Below are positions 18,708 to 24,545 of a stretch of 24,545 nucleotides of DNA, piece by piece. The notes under the pieces were generated by a model. It was not told where the DNA came from. It saw only the letters and a list, made by a program, of their open reading frames with translations, and did not search any database. Origin of the DNA: an uncultured Christensenella sp. (GTDB taxonomy: Bacteria; Bacillota; Clostridia; Christensenellales; DTU072); NCBI GenBank assembly GCA_964367755.1, contig CAYIZR010000001.1, positions 1-24,545 on the forward strand, read 5' to 3'. A program made the position numbers and the translations under genes. How positions within the stretch are numbered: position 1 is the stretch's first letter; the number at the start of each line of letters is the position of its first letter.

Positions 18708-19306
18708 TCTTTTCCTCCCTTGTCGTCTTTGTCAGACTCAATACTGTCTTTTTCTGCTTTTTGGGCCTTTAGATTGTAGCTAATGCTAACCGCTTCAAAA
18801 ATGATTACCACTACCAAAATCAGTAATATTCCCACAAATACAAAAAAGCGATAAAGCACAATATAAGCAAAGGCTTTACCAAAAAAGGTATTAGCGGAGA
18901 CAACCTTGCCAACAATGTCGCTAGCAGGATAACTGTCTATTGGGGCTCCAACTTTTATTCCTTGGGTATCGAAACTTCCGTCTTCATTTATTCCTACAAC
19001 TCTATGCACTACCATATGACCTTTAAGAACAGGGTCATTTGAAAAGAACACTATATCATCACCAAGTTTTATTTCTTCGTTGTCAGTTTTTTGGGCTACT
19101 ACCAAATCACCCACGTTTATTTCGGGCGTCATGGAGTCTGTTACTACAATATGAAAGCTATACCCAAAAAACCTCACAAAGCGGTTTTTTGCCAGACTGA
19201 TGGTAGAATAAACGACCAGCGCTAAGCACACAAGTAATATACTTACACTTATGCCGCTAATAATTTTGCTTATTATGCTCTTAGTTTTTGTCGCTTTCTT
19301 TGCCAC
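18704..19306 (-). CDS. sipW: Signal peptidase I, SipW/ER-type (S26B), copy 2, 200 aa
   Basis: N- and C-terminal TM helices. Motifs VVTDSMTPEINVGDLV (catalytic Ser), GDDIVF and VVHRVV (catalytic His). Box E is divergent (TQGIK). GTG start overlaps the upstream gene by 26 nt. Confidence 0.82.
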   Translation of the reverse strand: MAKKATKTKSIISKIISGISVSILLVCLALVVYSTISLAKNRFVRFFGYSFHIVVTDSMTPEINVGDLVVAQKTDNEEIKLGDDIVFFSNDPVLKGHMVVHRVVGINEDGSFDTQGIKVGAPIDSYPASDIVGKVVSANTFFGKAFAYIVLYRFFVFVGILLILVVVIIFEAVSISYNLKAQKAEKDSIESDKDDKGGKE

Positions 19307-20840
19307 TTGCCTTTTTACCTTTTGATTTAATTTTTACGTTTGCTTTACTAAGTCGTTCCTTTTCTTTGGCGAGCTTAATTTTTTCCGCTCTTTTTTCCAT
19401 TCTAATTAAAGTCTTTTCCAACCTTTTTAGCTTCTTTTCTTGTGTTTGTTCTCGCAATATTGATAAGCGTAACTCTTCTTTTTTTAGTCTTATCAGCAAT
19501 CTATGCTTTTGCAGTATTTTTTTCTGCGTAGCTATCTCTTTGCGCTTTTTTTGCAAAGTTGTACGTTTGTCAAAAAGGTCCGCATCGGGCTTTTCGTTCA
19601 AACTTAGCACATCATAGAATAGTTCGTTATTTATCTTTTGTAAGCCCTTAAAATATCTACGGAAATTAACGTCAACGTCCTCTATACTTTCAACATCATA
19701 CGCTTTACTTAATTTTTCTATTTCTCCCGTCATCTTTTTTATACGCTGAAAATAATATTGACTAATATCATTTTCGGTATCAAAAACATTGCCGCTAAGC
19801 TTATCTATAGTATAATTAACATTCCTATTGACCTTAAACTTTTTGCGTGTTTTTCTGTCATAACGTATACCTTGATAGACTGATTTCCTAATATTATTGT
19901 TGACCATCATAGCCTCTACGCCGGCAGCCGTAAGCCTACTCAAATCGTCAAAGTACTGCTCATCAAAATTTAAGGTTTTCTTTTGAATATCAACAAAATA
20001 TCCCACAGAATTGTATCTGCTTAACATTATCCAAAGATTGTAGCAGTTTTTATAGTCAACGTTTCCCGACAAAATATTAGTTTTCATTATGGGAGAATTG
20101 ACGGCTTTTTCTTTTTTCATTATCGAGGCAAACTCGGTGCCCTCAATTAGCATAAGTCTTTGTCTGATTATTTCTAACTTATCTAAGAGGCTTTTGTTTT
20201 TTTCTAAAAGTTCGCTGTTTTTATTGGGCGTTTTTACACTCATCAAAAGCTTATAATCCACGTCGGCCTTGCCAAATCGGAAAGCGCTGTTATAGCTTAA
20301 AACGGTGTTATCTTTTATAACACTCTTTTCCTTAATAACAACATATCTTCTTTCAATAAAAGTAATAAGGCGCTTAATTAGGGCATAAACAAAACGGTTT
20401 TCATAAATTGCTACCTCTTGCTCTAGCTGCCTTGTCATTATTTTGGATGGACGTATGGTACCATCTGGTCTTATCTCTTTGATATATTCGGTGTGCGTTG
20501 ACAGGTGTCTAACAGCTATGCTATCCACCCTCTTTGCCTTTTCTATACTCAAAAGTTCTCTATCTTCCCGAATAAATGTTTTGGGATTTTTAACTATTTG
20601 CTCTATAGAAAACAAACCGTTTTCTATAGTTTCTATCCAATCGGCTTCAATCTCCATTGACTGCAAAATTATGTTTTGCGCCAAGGTATTGTTGCCTCCC
20701 CTAATTACTCTTAGGAGCTTATTATATAACTCATTATCAGAAAGAAGGTTGTATTTTTCATCAATTATTTGTTCAAGTTCTTCCCGCTCATCTGCATTAT
20801 TATTTATATCTTCGCCAGCATAGGTATTTTTATCGTCCAT
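19281..20840 (-). CDS. DUF2357/McrC-like protein with Lys/Arg-rich coiled-coil tail, 519 aa
   Basis: The IYENRFVYALI motif resembles the McrC/DUF2357 'ENR' signature, and DYKNCYNLW is also typical. It lies directly downstream of an McrB-like gene. No PD-(D/E)xK motif is recognisable. Confidence 0.7.
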   Translation of the reverse strand: MDDKNTYAGEDINNNADEREELEQIIDEKYNLLSDNELYNKLLRVIRGGNNTLAQNIILQSMEIEADWIETIENGLFSIEQIVKNPKTFIREDRELLSIEKAKRVDSIAVRHLSTHTEYIKEIRPDGTIRPSKIMTRQLEQEVAIYENRFVYALIKRLITFIERRYVVIKEKSVIKDNTVLSYNSAFRFGKADVDYKLLMSVKTPNKNSELLEKNKSLLDKLEIIRQRLMLIEGTEFASIMKKEKAVNSPIMKTNILSGNVDYKNCYNLWIMLSRYNSVGYFVDIQKKTLNFDEQYFDDLSRLTAAGVEAMMVNNNIRKSVYQGIRYDRKTRKKFKVNRNVNYTIDKLSGNVFDTENDISQYYFQRIKKMTGEIEKLSKAYDVESIEDVDVNFRRYFKGLQKINNELFYDVLSLNEKPDADLFDKRTTLQKKRKEIATQKKILQKHRLLIRLKKEELRLSILREQTQEKKLKRLEKTLIRMEKRAEKIKLAKEKERLSKANVKIKSKGKKASGKESDKN

Positions 20841-20851
20841 ATGATTGCCTC

Positions 20852-22393
20852 CTATGCTTTCCTAATCAATTCACGTAAGTAATCGATAGACATTGGGCAG
20901 TTGTTCTTGCCAAAAAGGGTTTCCAAAAGGGCAATTAGCGCATTTAACTCTTTCTTCAAAAATACTAGGTTTAGAGCGTTAAATTTGCGGAATATTTTGC
21001 TCTTTAGTAAAAAATCAACGGCTTCAACTTCAGTTCCTCCGCAAGCAACATATACCGGAATAAAGTTAAGTATTTGTTTCATAATACGATTGCCGAAAGT
21101 TATTCTGAACTTATCCAAAATGTATTCGTCAACCTTTTTTAGATTCTCGCGGAATTTGCTTGAAACAGGATTCTCTTCAACAGCTTTATAAAACAAATAT
21201 TCCAAATAGTCATAAGGAATACGTACGCTCTCTGTTGTCGGCGCGTCAAAAAATTCTCCCCTGTTATTAAGGTCAATGGTTATTGTTCTGTCGTATACCT
21301 TATCGGTTATAGTAAAGGTACTATCGTCTTGATTAGCAGTTCCTACAAACCACAAGGACTGCGGCACAAGAATTTTTCCATCTGATATATGTTTGGGGTC
21401 ATTTTCGTCTGATTTTGCCACAACTTCTACCGACCATTCGTCTTTATCAGGCATTTCCATAATTGATAAGAACTCTGCAAAATAGTATTCTATACGAGCT
21501 AAGTTCATTTCGTCTAAAATAATTATGGAAGGGTCTTCTCTATAAGTGGCTTCATATAACGCGCTCAAAAAGTCCGACTCATTAAATGTCTTGGTAAATT
21601 CATTGAGATATCCCATCAAATCCCCTCTATCACGCCACGAAGGCTGAATACTGATAATAGAAGAAGGATGAGCAAAAAATTTGCCCATAGCATAAGGGAG
21701 AGAAGTTTTACCTGTACCCGAAATACCCTCCAAAATAATAACTTTTGTAGTGGATACTCCAGCAAAAAAACAGCGTATTACGTCTTTTTTATAATATAAT
21801 TTGTGTTGGGATGCAGCATAATTGACAAACATATCTACTATCTGCGACAAAGTCCATCCGTCTGCCTCGGCGGTGGAAACAAACGGTGTGGCAATTTCGT
21901 ATTGCTTGTCAATAGATGTAAGCCTGGCAAATCTCGACTCAGGCGTTGCAACAGCGGTGATTTCTTCCTTTTCGGCAGGGTACATACCTTGATTATATCC
22001 CATATTGGGATAAAGAGTATTTACCTTGAGAGCATAAAGCTGATTTTTTTCTATGGTAAGCTTTGCAATCTTATCTTTAGCTTTGGCAAGTTCTTCCATA
22101 AGCTGATCCTTTTCCACCTCTTTTGCACGGAAAAAGAAATATCTACGCAGCAATTGCGCAAGTCTGTAAACTATGAAAAATATGCAAATAAAACTCATTA
22201 TAAAGACCAATATATATATCATCCAGCCGCCTGCCCCAAAGGTCGGCGCTGAAGTGCTCAATTCCCTAACATATCTAGGAATGTCTATTGCAAATATATT
22301 GCTCCACGCGAGTAACCTTGCCTTAAAAAATATACCTATATTGGTAAAAAGCATGGTTAAAAATGTTATATAATAACGTGCAAATTCTGCCAT
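20852..22393 (-). CDS. McrB-family AAA+ NTPase (probable GTPase) with N-terminal transmembrane region and coiled coil, 513 aa
   Basis: Walker A GISGTGKT (21704-21727), IQPSWRD..DLMGY, Walker B IIILDEMNLARIEYYFAEFLS, McrB-type GTANQDDST (NxxD) and TDKVYDR arginine-finger region. Strongly hydrophobic segment at about residues 57-78. Confidence 0.85.
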   Translation of the reverse strand: MAEFARYYITFLTMLFTNIGIFFKARLLAWSNIFAIDIPRYVRELSTSAPTFGAGGWMIYILVFIMSFICIFFIVYRLAQLLRRYFFFRAKEVEKDQLMEELAKAKDKIAKLTIEKNQLYALKVNTLYPNMGYNQGMYPAEKEEITAVATPESRFARLTSIDKQYEIATPFVSTAEADGWTLSQIVDMFVNYAASQHKLYYKKDVIRCFFAGVSTTKVIILEGISGTGKTSLPYAMGKFFAHPSSIISIQPSWRDRGDLMGYLNEFTKTFNESDFLSALYEATYREDPSIIILDEMNLARIEYYFAEFLSIMEMPDKDEWSVEVVAKSDENDPKHISDGKILVPQSLWFVGTANQDDSTFTITDKVYDRTITIDLNNRGEFFDAPTTESVRIPYDYLEYLFYKAVEENPVSSKFRENLKKVDEYILDKFRITFGNRIMKQILNFIPVYVACGGTEVEAVDFLLKSKIFRKFNALNLVFLKKELNALIALLETLFGKNNCPMSIDYLRELIRKA

Positions 22394-22403
22394 ATTTTCC
22401 TCT

Positions 22404-22453
22404 AAAAAATTTTGCGAAAATCTTTAGCTATATTACTAAAGCGAGATTTTCGC
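22404..22453 (-). terminator. Intergenic stem-loop (possible partial terminator or mRNA-stabilising hairpin) between sipW1 and the McrB-like gene
   Basis: GCGAAAATCT (22414-22423) / AGATTTTCGC (22444-22453), extendable by TTAG/CTAA. On the minus strand it is followed by AAAATTTTTT and then the GAGG RBS. Confidence 0.5.
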
Positions 22454-22474
22454 GGGAATTATATTTCCCTTTTA

Positions 22475-23191
22475 TTATTCTTTAGGCGGCTCTTGCTCCT
22501 TGGCTTTTTCTTGTTCTATCTCTTTCAATAGCTCATCTTTAAGCTTTTTGCGCAATTCCCCGTCCATTTCTTCCTTGATTTCTTCCTTTACCAATACAAT
22601 TTTTTGCTTATTGTATTGAATAATATTGTAGATAACAAGATACAAGCAATAAAGCACAATCAAAATACTGGGGATAATAACACAAACAAAAAAGCCTGTT
22701 TTGCTCTGCATCCACATAATTGCATTACCAAAACCTTCGGATTTGCCCTTATATATACCCTGAACGTCATCAAAGTCGCGTAACCTTAGATCGGAATATT
22801 CATTAGCGTCGCCCTTTGTAAGGAACTTTATCGTTCCATCATTTTGGGTCATTACTTGCTGTATTCTGTGAGTGTTTAGCTCCTTTTGTCCGTCAATTAT
22901 GTCCCAAAAAGTAATAACGTCGCCTTTTTTTAGTTCGGCCTTCTCGTCTTCTTTCAGTAGCTTTATGTAAATGATGTCGCCTTTGGCAAAGCCTTCTTCA
23001 CCATAATTCATTGACTCACTTTCAACGGTAAAATAGGCGTAGTTAAAAATAGAAGTGTATCCTCTTTTACTTGAAGTTATTGTGCTGATAATTAGTACCA
23101 ATGCAAAGCAAGCAATTATTATGCTAAGCACGCTTATTATCCAGTTTAATACTTTCTTAATATTACCTTTATTTATAGTTTTAGCTGACAT
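22475..23191 (-). CDS. sipW: Signal peptidase I, SipW/ER-type (S26B), copy 1, 238 aa
   Basis: TM, then FTVESESM (Ser), GDII, GDVITF, NTHRI (His), FLTKGDAN..SD (box E), a C-terminal TM and a charged tail. It is directly downstream of a SipW-class substrate. Confidence 0.9.
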   Translation of the reverse strand: MSAKTINKGNIKKVLNWIISVLSIIIACFALVLIISTITSSKRGYTSIFNYAYFTVESESMNYGEEGFAKGDIIYIKLLKEDEKAELKKGDVITFWDIIDGQKELNTHRIQQVMTQNDGTIKFLTKGDANEYSDLRLRDFDDVQGIYKGKSEGFGNAIMWMQSKTGFFVCVIIPSILIVLYCLYLVIYNIIQYNKQKIVLVKEEIKEEMDGELRKKLKDELLKEIEQEKAKEQEPPKE

Positions 23192-23220
23192 TATTAGTTT
23201 TTCCTCATAAATTTTTTATC

Positions 23221-23242
23221 GGGGACGGTTGTAACCGTCCCC
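23221..23242. promoter_or_regulatory. GC-rich perfect inverted repeat downstream of the major TasA-like gene
   Basis: GGGGACGGTT-GT-AACCGTCCCC in an otherwise AT-rich spacer. There is no U-tract directly after it on the minus (coding) strand. Confidence 0.6.
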
Positions 23243-23289
23243 ACTATTTATTGTACTCTTAAAAGTCGCTTGTGTCAATATAGCTTAGA

Positions 23290-24545
23290 TTACTCTTGTA
23301 TATTAACTCCAACAAATCCAATATTGATTTTCATTATATCTTCATAGATGGACTCAAAGCAATCTGCATCTTTACCTTCTATCCAAATTGAGATAGTAAC
23401 TTTACCTTCGTATACGTCTGTGCCGTCTCCGAAATAATTGTAAAGAACGTCCCCTGAGGTAACTTTGGCTAAAGTAACTAGTTTGCATGCTCCGTCAGCG
23501 TCGGTGTCAAGCGCAGTTAGTACTGTACCTGCCTCAGTCTTTTGTGCATCGGTAAGTTGGTTAGCAGCTGATGCCAAACTATTGTAATAGTCATGAGCCA
23601 TATTATAAGCAGCTATTGTGCTCCAACCCATAGTGCTGTTGGGATTGTAAACAACAGTATTTGCATCGCCTACTACGCCGATTCTTAATGCGTTGGCTGC
23701 CAAAGCATCAATGTTTGCGCCGGCTGCAACTTGACTTAAAGAGCCATCTGCGCCTACCAAATCCTCAGTTGTTACAGCGTGGGGAGCCTTAACGGTCTTT
23801 GCCGATTGAGTCTTAGTACTAACGTTAGTATTATTTGTGTCACCGTCCATAAATATGGTATAAGGAGCTGAAGAAACAAAGTAAACATCAAATTCATATA
23901 GACTAGCAAAGTTTATTTTGCAATATGTTGCGCTGGCAAAATCAGGAGCAGTCTCATCTGTTATAGCAGTATAAGTATAGTTTCCTTCTTCTCCACTTCT
24001 TTCAACGTACTTTGTGTTATATTCTGTTGCCCAGTCAGCAGGTTCGGTAGCAATAGCGTCAGAAAAACTATAATTAGAATTAACTGCATTACCTGTCAAG
24101 CTTTCAAAAAACAAACCTTTTACAAGAGTAGAGCCTGCATAATAACCATAAACTTTAACTAGATTAACTTTATCATCTGCAACAACTGCTTCACTTTCTT
24201 CGTTAAGTTTTGCATTTGCATCGGATACGGTAATCTCATTTTCGCCCGGTGTTGCTTCATCGGCAACTACGGTAATTGTACCTTCATCGGCTTTTAGATA
24301 AGTATCTGCAACCAAAGCGGTCGCGGCATTTAGCCTAATGAACTCGAAGTTGTTTTCTACTTGTAAGCTGCTTGCTTCCAAATCCATTTTGTATCCCGCG
24401 TTTCTGTTACCAGAAATATATAATCCGTCCTGAGTTGTTACAGTCAGTTCGAATTGCTCAACGGAGGGAGTTTCGGTCATAGCAAACCATGCGTAGGTTG
24501 ACGTTGTAGCAATAGCAACCGCCATTACCAAGGTGAATATAGATA
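23290..24545 (-). CDS. Secreted protein with SipW-cognate-class signal peptide, probable major TasA/CalY-like fibre subunit (5' end outside the window)
   Basis: The frame stays open to the window edge (...SIFTLVMAVAIATTSTYAWF). TYAWF is the classic SipW-class cleavage context. The mature protein is acidic and Ala/Thr-rich, with ALRIGV and IWIEGKDADC motifs. It is adjacent to sipW. Confidence 0.82.
   Translation of the reverse strand, partial: SIFTLVMAVAIATTSTYAWFAMTETPSVEQFELTVTTQDGLYISGNRNAGYKMDLEASSLQVENNFEFIRLNAATALVADTYLKADEGTITVVADEATPGENEITVSDANAKLNEESEAVVADDKVNLVKVYGYYAGSTLVKGLFFESLTGNAVNSNYSFSDAIATEPADWATEYNTKYVERSGEEGNYTYTAITDETAPDFASATYCKINFASLYEFDVYFVSSAPYTIFMDGDTNNTNVSTKTQSAKTVKAPHAVTTEDLVGADGSLSQVAAGANIDALAANALRIGVVGDANTVVYNPNSTMGWSTIAAYNMAHDYYNSLASAANQLTDAQKTEAGTVLTALDTDADGACKLVTLAKVTSGDVLYNYFGDGTDVYEGKVTISIWIEGKDADCFESIYEDIMKINIGFVGVNIQE

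Noticed and set aside
470..22373. All short plus-strand ORFs in the ORF track (60-149 aa)
   Set aside because: They lie antisense to long, motif-bearing minus-strand genes and show no recognisable domains, so they are shadow ORFs.
19281..22393. Calling the pair a canonical McrBC restriction system (mcrB/mcrC)
   Set aside because: No DNA-binding N-terminal domain or nuclease motif is recognisable, and the context is not a defence island. Gene symbols are withheld, though a defence role is not excluded.
24529..24531. TTG at 24531 as the start of the TasA-like gene
   Set aside because: It is in the middle of the hydrophobic signal peptide, and the frame remains open to the window edge.
1..24545. 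CRISPR arrays, tRNA/rRNA, IS or integrase genes, DNA-level tandem repeats, sortase or LPXTG motifs
   Set aside because: None was seen by eye. The window is almost entirely coding and the spacers are short.

Overview
This is AT-rich DNA with GGAGG-type ribosome binding sites and a sigma-A consensus promoter, probably from a Bacillota/Clostridia-like bacterium (inference). All 11 credible genes lie on the minus strand and form one surface-fibre/biofilm locus. In transcription order (right to left) they are: a TasA/CalY-like protein with a SipW-class signal peptide (5'-truncated); SipW-type signal peptidase 1; a membrane-anchored McrB-family AAA+ NTPase; a DUF2357/McrC-like partner with no recognisable nuclease; SipW-type peptidase 2; an intact membrane EAL phosphodiesterase; and a degenerate GGDEF-EAL receptor-like protein. 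Next come a perfect sigma-A promoter and a GEMM-I (c-di-GMP-I family) riboswitch that has A at position 20 and an ON-type terminator. Downstream are a ~3057-aa multi-module LRR protein with an N-terminal TasA-like domain, a 1259-aa paralogue of it, two more SipW-class secreted proteins and a terminator. The most unusual element is the apparently repurposed, membrane-bound McrB/McrC-like pair between two SipW genes in a cyclic-dinucleotide-controlled fibre/adhesin locus. Family assignments come from motifs recognised by eye, not from database searches.
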